A stretch of DNA of 64,000 nucleotides from the NCBI GenBank assembly GCA_002412065.1, contig GG730044.1:349-64348 (forward strand), in the 5' to 3' direction. This DNA comes from Candidatus Parvarchaeum acidiphilum ARMAN-4 (lineage in GTDB: Archaea > Nanobdellota > Nanobdellia > Parvarchaeales > Parvarchaeaceae). The notes beneath the pieces were generated by a model that saw nothing but the letters and a program-made list of their open reading frames with translations, did no database searches and was not told where the DNA came from. The translations under genes and the position numbers were made by a program. Of this stretch, positions 19,005-27,823 are shown piece after piece (the first letter of the stretch is position 1; each line of letters opens with the position of its first letter).

Positions 19005-19340
19005 CTAAGAGATATTCTTTCCAAGAGTAACTTCTTTATCTGGAGAAAGCAAAACAACGCCGTTTTCACTTTCAACTCCTAAAACAAGAACTTCAGAAAG
19101 AAAATCTGCAATTTGTTTCGGCTTAAAGTTAACTACTGCTATTATCTCCTTCCCAATTAAATCTTCTTTCTTGTATAGCTTAGTAATCTGCGCGCTGCTT
19201 CTTTTTATCCCTATCTCTCCAAAATCTATCTTTAGCTTATAAGCAGGCTTTTTTGCATTTGGAAATTCCTCTACATCTATTATTTTACCAGTCCTTATAT
19301 CAACTTTCTTGAAATCCTGAAAATCTATATATTCCATCAT
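19005..19340 (-). CDS. tRNA-binding domain protein (CsaA/Trbp111-like)
   Basis: 111 aa. The pattern F.KVDIRTGKI..VE.FP.AKKPAYKL.IDFG......SAQIT is typical of the tRNA_bind OB fold. Confidence 0.75.
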   Translation of the reverse strand: MMEYIDFQDFKKVDIRTGKIIDVEEFPNAKKPAYKLKIDFGEIGIKRSSAQITKLYKKEDLIGKEIIAVVNFKPKQIADFLSEVLVLGVESENGVVLLSPDKEVTLGKNIS

Positions 19341-19957
19341 TTCCTCTTATTCATCCTTAAAATTGAAGCTATATTTTTTCTAAAAATATAAATCAAGAAG
19401 AAAAGAACGAATACGGCTGCAACATAAACTCCTGCTTTTTCGAAGACATTTGCTATTGCTTCCCAATTATTGGAAAGGTAATAACCGGTATAAACAAGAA
19501 AACCCGACCAGATTAGAATACCAGCAGAGGAATAAACTAAAAACTTTTTTATATCCATCTTGAAAGCTCCGCAGATAATACCTGCTATTGAACGGACCGC
19601 CGGCAATAACTTAGTGAAGAAAGCGAAATAATCCCCATATTTTTTTATCCATTTTATACCTTTTTCATACTCTAAGTCTTTAAAGCCCAGCTTTTTAGAG
19701 TACCTCATAAATATTTCTATTCCAAGGAAATAACCCAGCATAAAACCTACCAAGCTGCCAAGTATAGAAGCTGCAACTGCATCGCTGAATCCTAGATAAG
19801 GATTGATTTTGCCTATTGCTATAAGAAAGCCTGTAAAAGGCAGCACCACTTCACTAGGTATTGGCAGTATGACAGACTCTAAAAACATTAACACAAAAAT
19901 AGCAGAATAACTATTGCTTTCTAAAAAAGCAAGAATCTGATCCAAACCAAAAAACAT
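19337..19957 (-). CDS. DedA-family (SNARE-associated) membrane protein
   Basis: About 200 aa with four or five TM segments. LPIPSEVVLPFTGFL and the RFIP-like loop LLPAVRS are typical of DedA. Confidence 0.72.
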   Translation of the reverse strand: MFFGLDQILAFLESNSYSAIFVLMFLESVILPIPSEVVLPFTGFLIAIGKINPYLGFSDAVAASILGSLVGFMLGYFLGIEIFMRYSKKLGFKDLEYEKGIKWIKKYGDYFAFFTKLLPAVRSIAGIICGAFKMDIKKFLVYSSAGILIWSGFLVYTGYYLSNNWEAIANVFEKAGVYVAAVFVLFFLIYIFRKNIASILRMNKRK

Positions 19958-19958
19958 T

Positions 19959-20399
19959 TTACACCTTTTTTATCAATTCCCTTGGATCCTTTCCGTCAAC
20001 CTTTAAGCCAAGACTTAAACATGAACCTAAAACTTCATTTATTAAACCTTGCTCGGTCTTTGCCAAAGAATATTGCGAATGGTCCTTAGCTATTTTCTTT
20101 ACTTTATCAAATGAGATAGAAGCAGAGTCCTTTCTGTCGCCAAATCCTTTCTCCAAACCTGCTTCCTTTATAAGAAGCTGCGAAACGGAAGGCATCAATA
20201 CGTTTAACTCATATTCCTTTGTTGTTTTATCAATTTCTATCTCTACTGGAACTTTCATCCCTGCAAAATCTTTTGTCTTGTCGTTGATTTTCTTTACTAC
20301 TTCAGGTGGCTTCAAACCCAGCATTGTAAGCTGTGGCCCCAAAGGTGGAGCAGGTGTAGCCTTTCCTCCTTCCACTACAATCTTTACTTTAGTTTTCAT
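19959..20399 (-). CDS. rpl11: ribosomal protein uL11
   Basis: VEGGKATPAPPLGPQL motif. Overlaps the stop of the spt5 gene. Confidence 0.9.
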   Translation of the reverse strand: MKTKVKIVVEGGKATPAPPLGPQLTMLGLKPPEVVKKINDKTKDFAGMKVPVEIEIDKTTKEYELNVLMPSVSQLLIKEAGLEKGFGDRKDSASISFDKVKKIAKDHSQYSLAKTEQGLINEVLGSCLSLGLKVDGKDPRELIKKV

Positions 20400-20872
20400 T
20401 TGTTTTCTCCTTCACTTTTTATTGTAGACACATCTGATATTTTAATATTAACATTTATAGGGACTGCTGACTCTAAAAACATTACTGTTAATTCTTCCTT
20501 TTCCTTATTTACAGCTTTAACTGTTGCTGTTTCTCCTTTGAAAGGCCCAGAAAGCACTTTTACAACATCCCCTATGTTTATGTCTATATTCTGCTTCTTC
20601 TTCTCTATAGTTTTCAATGCTTCATCTTTTGACAATTCTTTGTTCATTATACCGCGAATGTGTTTTATGTTGTAGATTAAATTCGATATGCTTTCCCTAG
20701 AATCGGCTTCTACAATAATGTAACCTTTCAATGAATATGGCTTTACAATCGAATATATGCCATTGACTCTTGCGAGCTGTGATTGCAGCCTTTCTAGGGC
20801 CTGCATCTCCCTTCCTATCGTAACCCTAATTATGAAGAAATGCGATTCTTCATTATTCTCAGTAGCTTCCAT
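20396..20872 (-). CDS. spt5: transcription elongation factor Spt5 (NusG)
   Basis: NGN domain (FIIRVTIGRE..) plus a KOW motif (IGDVVKVLSGPFKGETATV). Canonical position upstream of L11. Confidence 0.85.
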   Translation of the reverse strand: MEATENNEESHFFIIRVTIGREMQALERLQSQLARVNGIYSIVKPYSLKGYIIVEADSRESISNLIYNIKHIRGIMNKELSKDEALKTIEKKKQNIDINIGDVVKVLSGPFKGETATVKAVNKEKEELTVMFLESAVPINVNIKISDVSTIKSEGENK

Positions 20873-20892
20873 ATATTTTAAAGAATAGTATT

Positions 20893-21429
20893 CTAAGAAT
20901 TTAAGAGTATAAAAGCTTTATATACTGCTTTTTCCCAAGCATTGAATATATCCTGCCATTTATTAAAATCGGCCTCTTTAATATTTGCAGATTTGATAAC
21001 GTCTTTTATCCAATCTCCTCCTTTAATGTACTTTATTTGAAATTTATATTCTGTACTTTTACGGCTATAATAATCCATAAGTACATCTGAGATATCGGTT
21101 AAAATTGAACCTTTACCAATAGAACTAATGTCTGGTTTCTGCATTTCAAAGGTTTTTTGATTTATGTATGGTTCCTTTGTAAAATATAAAACTGGCTTAT
21201 ATCTTTTACCATCACTAACGGATAAAAGAATATGATATTCACTTGAATTAGGAAAATCTGGTGGATAAAATTCTATATTATTAATTTTTATGTCGTTAGA
21301 ATCACCACTTATTATGTATTCTGAAACGGATCCCTCTTCTCTAAGTTGAATATCTCCCCGTGGCATATTGATTATTGCATTCAATAATAATTCATCCAAG
21401 TTATTTCCTTCTTTGTGTGTTTCTGCCAT
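20893..21429 (-). CDS. hypothetical protein
   Basis: ORF only (178 aa); no motif recognised. Confidence 0.35.
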   Translation of the reverse strand: MAETHKEGNNLDELLLNAIINMPRGDIQLREEGSVSEYIISGDSNDIKINNIEFYPPDFPNSSEYHILLSVSDGKRYKPVLYFTKEPYINQKTFEMQKPDISSIGKGSILTDISDVLMDYYSRKSTEYKFQIKYIKGGDWIKDVIKSANIKEADFNKWQDIFNAWEKAVYKAFILLNS

Positions 21430-21505
21430 TTTTAAAAGAAGATATTAACTTGTATTTAAACATTTTGAAGCAAATAAAAAGGTTTAAATTGACAGTATTC
21501 AAAAG

Positions 21506-21952
21506 ATGAATATGGCAGAAAAGCTAGAAAGCCTAGTTAATCCTAGAAACGTTAATAAAACCACAGAAAGAGACATAGAAGTTGAAGGGCTAAAAGAACT
21601 TTACGGCAAACCTATTGATTTCCTTGGAGTCAGCCCATTTTTAATGGATTACGGCCGTTTTCCGAAAAAGACTTATCTGGTTCTACCGCATTTCAAGGAG
21701 AAGTTCAAACTCCAAGAAATAGAGTATTCAAACGATACTGTGATTATAAAGGTTAAGGGAAATGAAAAAGAAAAAATAGAGCCTATGGATTACATGCATG
21801 ACAATGGTAATGGTTCATACTCTTTCCCGCGATTTATTTCTATAAAAACTTCAAACGGCTATTTGCAACTCTGCTCTTCAAGGTTTGAAAACAGCGATTA
21901 TGTAGAAATAAAGAAAAACACGAAAAAGATAAAAGTAGTTCTTGAAAAATAG
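21506..21952 (+). CDS. hypothetical protein
   Basis: ORF only (148 aa); no motif recognised. Confidence 0.35.
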   Translation: MNMAEKLESLVNPRNVNKTTERDIEVEGLKELYGKPIDFLGVSPFLMDYGRFPKKTYLVLPHFKEKFKLQEIEYSNDTVIIKVKGNEKEKIEPMDYMHDNGNGSYSFPRFISIKTSNGYLQLCSSRFENSDYVEIKKNTKKIKVVLEK

Positions 21953-21999
21953 ACTGCATATTTATAAACAAAAAAACATAATAGATAGTATTATTTTGA

Positions 22000-22074
22000 G
22001 GGCTCGTAGCTCAACTAGGTCAGAGCATTCGGCTTTTAACCGAGTGGTTGCGGGTTCAAATCCCGTCGAGCCCA
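22000..22074 (+). tRNA. tRNA-Lys (UUU)
   Basis: Hand fold: GGGCTCG/CGAGCCC acceptor, anticodon loop CTTTTAA, T arm GCGGG-TTCAAAT-CCCGT. Confidence 0.9.
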
Positions 22075-22254
22075 TACTTAATCACAATATAGTACTAAGC
22101 AAAAGATAGTGTAGCTATTTTGTACATTTGAATTAAAGAATTTGCATCCTCTAAAAATAAATAATTTTAATGTGATGGGTGCTTTAAACTCAGAAGAGGT
22201 ATTAATCCAAAAGTAGATTATAAAATATTTAAATTCATTTACACTAATCCTTTA

Positions 22255-22632
22255 TTGTATGTGGAATACAAAAAGCTAACAAAAGAGGAAGAAAAGGTAA
22301 TTATAAAAAAAGGAACGGAAATGCCGTTCACAGGAGAGTACTGTAATAACTTTGAAGCAGGAGTTTATGTATGCAAACGATGCGGTACACCTCTTTATAA
22401 ATCTAAAGCCAAATTTCATTCTGACTGCGGCTGGCCCTCATTTGACGAAGAGATAAAAGGCGCAGTTAATAAACTACCTAATCCTGATGGACAAAGAACT
22501 GAGATAGAATGCAGTAATTGTGGGGCCCATTTAGGGCATGTTTTTTATGGTGAAGGATTTACAGATAAGAATGTAAGGCATTGCGTAAACTCTATATCTC
22601 TGCGTTTCATACCTGAGAACAAAAAAGATTAA
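22255..22632 (+). CDS. msrB: peptide-methionine (R)-S-oxide reductase
   Basis: Two CxxC pairs (CKRCGT, CSNCGA), plus GWPSF and RHCVNS active-site motifs. Confidence 0.9.
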   Translation: MYVEYKKLTKEEEKVIIKKGTEMPFTGEYCNNFEAGVYVCKRCGTPLYKSKAKFHSDCGWPSFDEEIKGAVNKLPNPDGQRTEIECSNCGAHLGHVFYGEGFTDKNVRHCVNSISLRFIPENKKD

Positions 22633-23171
22633 TCTTTCTTTAAAAGATCTAAGTATTCTTTCCTTAGTTTTGCTATCTTAGGCCGGATAACCATAAAGCA
22701 ATATGGATTCAAAGGGTTCTTTTTGTAATAATCTTGATGATATTTTTCTGCTACATAAAATTCTTTTAAAGGCTCCAAGGCTGTAACTATGGGCTTGTCC
22801 CAAAGTTTTTCTTCTGTTAATTCTTTTATGACCTGCTCTGCCGTTTCTCTCTGCTTGTCATTGACGTAGAATATCTCTGACCTGTATTGACTTCCTATAT
22901 CATTGCCCTGTCTGTTCAAACTAGTTGGGTCATGCAATGTAAAGAAAACTCTTAAAATCTGCTTATAGGAGATTATTGAAGGATTGAATGTAAGCCTTAC
23001 TGATTCAGCATGCCCGGTTCTGCCAGTGCATACCTCCCTATATGAAGGATTCTTAACCGTTCCTCCGCAATAACCAGATTCAACATTCTCTATGCCTTTT
23101 ATCTGCTTGAATACTGCTTCGATGCACCAGAAACAGCCGCCTGCTAGAACCGCCTTCTCCATCTCTACCAT
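22629..23171 (-). CDS. msrA: peptide-methionine (S)-S-oxide reductase
   Basis: GGCFWC active site and GHAESV. The start is placed at M34 (23171; M37 at 23162 is an alternative) because the first 33 codons of ORF 22629-23270 are read through the 55-nt repeat element. Confidence 0.88.
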   Translation of the reverse strand: MVEMEKAVLAGGCFWCIEAVFKQIKGIENVESGYCGGTVKNPSYREVCTGRTGHAESVRLTFNPSIISYKQILRVFFTLHDPTSLNRQGNDIGSQYRSEIFYVNDKQRETAEQVIKELTEEKLWDKPIVTALEPLKEFYVAEKYHQDYYKKNPLNPYCFMVIRPKIAKLRKEYLDLLKKD

Positions 23172-23213
23172 ATAATAGGATGGCAGGGCCGTTATTCTAA
23201 TATTACTTTTCAC

Positions 23214-23268
23214 GTGACATCCTCCCCCCTCTAAAGCATGTGGGTTTTCCTGCTCACCTTTGATAAAC
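23214..23268. repeat. 55-nt repeat element, uninterrupted copy (gtgacatcctcccccctctaaagcatgtgggttttcctgctcacctttgataaac)
   Basis: Its first 23 nt match 39146-39168 (22/23). Its last 38 nt match 39666-39703 (37/38). Confidence 0.8.
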
Positions 23269-23317
23269 AAAGAATTAAAGTTATAAGAACCTAAATTTAA
23301 TTATATTATAATACTGT

Positions 23318-24841
23318 ATGGAAAACGAAGAAACTGAGATAGTAGATAATTATCAGGTTGTCTCTGATGGTATATCTGCTGACGTTAAGGTATTAAGGAT
23401 TCCTTCTAAGTTTACTATGAGCTATAAAATCACTACTCCTGTTATAGACCAGAGTATAAACGCTGTTCTTACCGAAATAAGGACAGAACTTATAAGAGAA
23501 GACCCTTCGAAGATCCAGCAACTTTCCCAGACTACTTCCGAAGCGTTAAAAAGGGAATTTCTTGAGATAGTACAGAAAAAATTACAGAGTATAATACCTG
23601 GGATGCAGGAAAAATCATACATCGAACTTTCTGCCACGCTTTTACATGAAATGTTCGGTTTGGGTATAATAGAGATACTGGATGTTGACCCTAACCTTGA
23701 AGAAGTTGTAATAAATGATTCCAAGACAATGGTCATGGTTTATCATATTAAATATGGGTGGCTTGAAACCAATGTAAGGATAGAACCTGAAGCAAAAATA
23801 GAGTCATATGCACAACAGATTGCAAGAAAGGTTGGAAGACAGATTACGAACTTAAATCCACTTTTAGATGCACAACTTCCAAACGGGGACAGGGTCAATG
23901 CTACTTTATACCCAATATCTACTCATGGTAACACTATAGACATAAGAAAGTTTAGGGCCGAGCCTTGGACTATAATAGACTTCTTAAAAAGAAAAACAGT
24001 TTCTGAGGAATTAGTTTCATTTATATGGCAGGCAATGCAGTACGAGCTCTCTTTTATGGTTACGGGAGGCACGGCTGCAGGTAAAACATCAATGCTTAAT
24101 GTTTTTCTTCCATTTATTCCTCCTAATCAAAGAATAATAACGATAGAGGATACAAGCGAACTTGTTCTTCCAAAGTATATGCACTGGGTGCCTATGCTAA
24201 CAAGACAGGCCAACTCTGAGGGGAAAGGACAAGTGACTATGTTGGATTTGCTTCTTAACTCGCTTAGGATGAGGCCTGACCGTCTGGTAGTAGGTGAAAT
24301 AAGAAGGAAGGAAGATGCTCAAACGCTTTTCGAAGCGATGATGACTGGTCACTCGGTATATGCTACAATGCACGCAGAGACTGCTCAGCAGGTAGTTAAA
24401 AGGCTTATATCTGAACCAATAGACCTTCCTGAAATTGAAGTTTCAACTCTTGATCTTATAATAACCTCATTCAGGCAGAGAAGAACCGGTGTAAGGCGGG
24501 TGCTTGAGCTTGCTGAAATTGTTGAAAGGCAGGTAAGTGGAATAATGGAATTAAAGACAAACAACCTATTCGAGTGGAAGCCAAGAACTGACAATATAGA
24601 AAGGACAATAAATGCCTCACAGAAGATAGCAAACAAACTTGCTCTTTATTCTGGTTTAACAAGTGAAGAGATAACTCAGGATCTAAAGGAGAAGATAACA
24701 GTTTTGCACTGGATGATGGACCAGGGGATAAACAATGTAAACGTGATAGGGCTGGCTGCAAGCAACTATTATACCAACCATGATAAATTAATGCAGCTGG
24801 TAAACGACAAAGGCGACCCTTCGGAACTGGAAACGATTTAG
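23318..24841 (+). CDS. type IV filament assembly ATPase (PilB/FlaI/TadA-EpdL-like secretion ATPase)
   Basis: Walker A VTGGTAAGKTSMLN, Walker B RLVVGEIR, and His box TGHSVYATMHA. Confidence 0.88.
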   Translation: MENEETEIVDNYQVVSDGISADVKVLRIPSKFTMSYKITTPVIDQSINAVLTEIRTELIREDPSKIQQLSQTTSEALKREFLEIVQKKLQSIIPGMQEKSYIELSATLLHEMFGLGIIEILDVDPNLEEVVINDSKTMVMVYHIKYGWLETNVRIEPEAKIESYAQQIARKVGRQITNLNPLLDAQLPNGDRVNATLYPISTHGNTIDIRKFRAEPWTIIDFLKRKTVSEELVSFIWQAMQYELSFMVTGGTAAGKTSMLNVFLPFIPPNQRIITIEDTSELVLPKYMHWVPMLTRQANSEGKGQVTMLDLLLNSLRMRPDRLVVGEIRRKEDAQTLFEAMMTGHSVYATMHAETAQQVVKRLISEPIDLPEIEVSTLDLIITSFRQRRTGVRRVLELAEIVERQVSGIMELKTNNLFEWKPRTDNIERTINASQKIANKLALYSGLTSEEITQDLKEKITVLHWMMDQGINNVNVIGLAASNYYTNHDKLMQLVNDKGDPSELETI

Positions 24842-25738
24842 ATGGAAACAAAAATACCAAGCATAATGATTTCTCCGAATAAAGCTGTATTTTTCGGCAA
24901 AAAATTTAAAAAGTTTGCGCCAAATTTCAAAGGGATGACCCCTACGCTAAAGCAGGATCTGCTTCAAGCCGCTATGGATATTGATTACTTGGATTATATA
25001 GCCGCAGGAATAGTGGTAGCATTGGTATTAGTTGGTTTGATGGTGGGAGTGTCTGCTTTAGTACTTCTTATAGCAATAAAAAAGAACCTGCTTACAATAA
25101 AAATAGAGGCAATACTGCCAGTCCTTATATTCATTGTACCAGGAGTTTACTTCTTTTACTTCCTGAACTATCCAAAGCTTCAGGCCGTAAAGAGAACAAA
25201 GCTTATAGAGGAGCAGGTAGTTTTTGCAACAAGAGAGATAATGATAAAAGTAGGTTCAGGTGTTCCTGTTTTCAATGCATTACTTGATGTTGCGAATGGA
25301 AACTATGGTGTTGTTTCTGATGAGTTTAAGGAAGCGATAGAAGAGATAGAATCGGGAGTTCCACAGGAAGATGCTTTGGACCACCTTGCAAGAAGGGTAC
25401 CATCGCAGTCGCTTAGAAGGACAATAGATATAATGCTTAACGCAATAAAATCGGGAAGTGATGTTGCAGGCACTCTTTCTCTTATAAATGACATGTTGAT
25501 TAAAAAACAGCAGTCTGACATGAAGTCATACGCTGGTGAGCTTACGCCAATGTCAATGGCTTACATGCTTATATCTGTTGTAATGCCAAGCTTAGGAATG
25601 TCTGTATTCATAATTTTAGGTTCGCTTGCACACTTTAATACAGTTGCAATAATATATATTATACCACCGTTTTTACTTATGTTCCAGATATTCTTTATGG
25701 GTATGGTAGGGAATAGGAGGCCTTCCGTCGGAGTATGA
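24842..25738 (+). CDS. type IV filament platform protein, single T2SF domain (TadB/EpdJ-like)
   Basis: Starts the base after the ATPase stop. The cytoplasmic helical domain (..ATREIMIKVGSGVPVFNALLDVA..EEIESGVPQEDALDHLARRVPS..LNAIKSGSDVAGTL) is flanked by TM segments. Confidence 0.8.
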   Translation: METKIPSIMISPNKAVFFGKKFKKFAPNFKGMTPTLKQDLLQAAMDIDYLDYIAAGIVVALVLVGLMVGVSALVLLIAIKKNLLTIKIEAILPVLIFIVPGVYFFYFLNYPKLQAVKRTKLIEEQVVFATREIMIKVGSGVPVFNALLDVANGNYGVVSDEFKEAIEEIESGVPQEDALDHLARRVPSQSLRRTIDIMLNAIKSGSDVAGTLSLINDMLIKKQQSDMKSYAGELTPMSMAYMLISVVMPSLGMSVFIILGSLAHFNTVAIIYIIPPFLLMFQIFFMGMVGNRRPSVGV

Positions 25739-26781
25739 AACAAAATTCAAATAATCGAAACATAAGAGCAGCAATAGCAAGGGCCCTGCCAAAAAAACTT
25801 ACAGTGCCAATGAAAGAAGAATTCATATACTCTCAGATGGGCGGAGAAAACTTAGATGATACAATAGGGAGTATTTCTATACTTTTAATGATTGGTGCAG
25901 TTTTAGGTGCGATCTTAGTCTTTTACTTTCTTCATTCCCCATTATATGCATTGGGAGCTGCAGTCGGGATATTTTTTGGTGGCATAATACTGCTTAGGTC
26001 TATGCTTTCGATGTTTGCAGACTCTGTCGCAGCAAAGATAGAAAAAGTTTTGCCTGATATGCTACTTTTGATGGCAGCAAATCTTAGAGCAGGGATGATA
26101 CCTGAAAATTCTTTTATAGCCTCGATGAAACCGGAATTTGGAAAATTAAATTACCTTTTAAACAAAGCAGCAATAGAAACACAAGCAGGAAAAAACTTTT
26201 CAGAAGCCTTGCTTGAGATGAATGACATGACTAATTCAGAGTTCTTCAAAGACAGTGTTAGAATAATATCCGAAGGTATAAGGTCTGGTGCGGAATTACA
26301 CTTAATACTTGAAAACCTCGCAAGCAATCTTTTGCGGAACGAAAGCATAAGAAATGACATGAGGGCACAGGTAAAGAGCTATTCGTTGTTTATATTTATT
26401 GCAGCTACTTTAGCCGCGCCTCTTCTTTATGGTGTTTCTTCATTTCTTATAGGCATCCTTGACCAGGTTGGAGCTACAACGGGCGGAAGCACAGCCGCAA
26501 CCAATTTACCATCTGGAACTTTAGGATTATTTTCTGGATTTACTTTGCCCCATATTTCAGTTACATTAGTGATAACAGTTGCCATTATAAACGTTATAAT
26601 AACAACAGCTTCAAGTGCACTGCTTGGAGGGATACTAAATACCGGTAAAGCAAAAAACGGGCTTAAGAATGTGCCAGTATATGTTGTAATCGGGATAGGC
26701 ATATTTCTAGTAGTAAGATTCGGTGTTTCTACATTGTTCGCAAGCTCTTCGCTTACTTCTGGTGTATCAGGCGGATTTTAA
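25735..26781 (+). CDS. type IV filament platform protein, second single T2SF domain (TadC/EpdK-like)
   Basis: 4-nt overlap with the previous gene. Carries ..LMAANLRAGMIPENSF..AGKNFSEALLEM..ISEGIRSGAELHLILENLA, flanked by TM segments. Confidence 0.78.
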   Translation: MKQNSNNRNIRAAIARALPKKLTVPMKEEFIYSQMGGENLDDTIGSISILLMIGAVLGAILVFYFLHSPLYALGAAVGIFFGGIILLRSMLSMFADSVAAKIEKVLPDMLLLMAANLRAGMIPENSFIASMKPEFGKLNYLLNKAAIETQAGKNFSEALLEMNDMTNSEFFKDSVRIISEGIRSGAELHLILENLASNLLRNESIRNDMRAQVKSYSLFIFIAATLAAPLLYGVSSFLIGILDQVGATTGGSTAATNLPSGTLGLFSGFTLPHISVTLVITVAIINVIITTASSALLGGILNTGKAKNGLKNVPVYVVIGIGIFLVVRFGVSTLFASSSLTSGVSGGF

Positions 26782-26838
26782 ATAAAATGCAGTTACATTA
26801 AATAATAAAATAAGGTATAATTATAATATATGTTAAAA

Positions 26839-26911
26839 GGGCTCATGGTCTAGTGGTTATGACGTCTCCCTCACACGGAGAAGGCCGGGAGTTCGAACCT
26901 CCCTGGGCCCA
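26839..26911 (+). tRNA. tRNA-Val (CAC)
   Basis: Hand fold: GGGCTCA/TGGGCCC acceptor, anticodon arm TCTCC-CTCACAC-GGAGA, T arm GGGAG-TTCGAAC-CTCCC. Confidence 0.88.
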
Positions 26912-27063
26912 TTTAAAGCCCATAGCTCAAAATTTCATTGCCGGTTTTTTATCTTCACAGCGCTAGAAAAAAGGAATGATGCTTGTTCTTAACTTATCAT
27001 TGCTGACACATAATCAAATACAGTTATGAAACGCAGTAGATTTTTCTTTTTAAGGAACATTTC

Positions 27064-27684
27064 TTAGTATTCTATGGATTTTAGTTTTTTCAGGTTCTTT
27101 ACATCTCTTTTCATATACCAACTATCACAGTTGTTTATAGAGAAAGGATCTACAAGAAAAGGTTTACTCTCATAAATAATCACGTTTCTTCTATGTATAT
27201 CGCCATGCCCTATCCCATTGACAGATAGTTTTTCCACGTAGTCATTTAATTCTTTAATTATTCTATCATTCTCCTTATATCTTATGCTGGCGTCTAATCC
27301 TTCCAGATAATTTGACATAGTGTATCCATTTATTTTCTTCATTATGTATCCTATCTCCTTTCCGTTGCTATTTCTTACTTTAGTTATAGGCGCTGGAATT
27401 GCTTCAGGAAGGATATTGTACATCATGTTGAGCTTCTCAAATTGCCCTTTCTCCAAAAAACTTGTAGATTTAAAGAACAGATCCTTGCGGTCGTAATAAT
27501 CTATAGAAGAATCAAGAATGTATTTTTCCTTGTTTTCATAAAATTCATTTAGCATTTTTTCAGATCTTAGATAAGTGGCCCTTTTTCCCGTCTTAATCAA
27601 CCCTGTAAATCTTACCTGTATCATACCTGCAAGGTTCATTTTTACCTTGCTGATTATCGAATCTAAGGTTGCCTGTTTTTGCAT
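27064..27684 (-). CDS. small atypical protein-kinase-fold protein (Bud32/RIO/Kdo-kinase-like)
   Basis: Catalytic-loop-like GIGHGDIHRRNVII, followed by LVDPF (a DFG-like position). About 200 aa. Confidence 0.4.
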   Translation of the reverse strand: MQKQATLDSIISKVKMNLAGMIQVRFTGLIKTGKRATYLRSEKMLNEFYENKEKYILDSSIDYYDRKDLFFKSTSFLEKGQFEKLNMMYNILPEAIPAPITKVRNSNGKEIGYIMKKINGYTMSNYLEGLDASIRYKENDRIIKELNDYVEKLSVNGIGHGDIHRRNVIIYESKPFLVDPFSINNCDSWYMKRDVKNLKKLKSIEY

Positions 27685-27823
27685 ACAATAAATATGAACA
27701 TTATAGTTTAAATACTTTAATAACTCAATAGTAGCTATTAATTTTAATACTTAATTGTTTACTCCTTAGGGAGATGACAATTAATTTTAAATATCTGATA
27801 AGTAACTTTATACAACAAAATTA

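Noticed and set aside
23172-23270. 33-codon N-terminal extension of the msrA ORF (MFIKGEQENPHALEGGGCHVK...).
   Set aside because: It is encoded by the 55-nt repeat element and the adjacent spacer. MsrA homologs begin near the GCFWC motif, so the internal Met at 23171 or 23162 is the likely start.
24471-24860. 129-aa minus-strand ORF overlapping the 3' end of the ATPase gene, and similar antisense ORFs across the pilus operon (23422-23736, 25303-25521, 26151-26702).
   Set aside because: All are antisense to genes with strong motifs. They have low-complexity composition and no independent evidence.
26918-26929. gcccatagctca just downstream of tRNA-Val, resembling the 5' acceptor/D-stem start of another tRNA (a possible split-tRNA half or att duplication).
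   Set aside because: No matching D-stem 3' strand, anticodon arm or T arm follows. At 12 nt it is too short to support anything.
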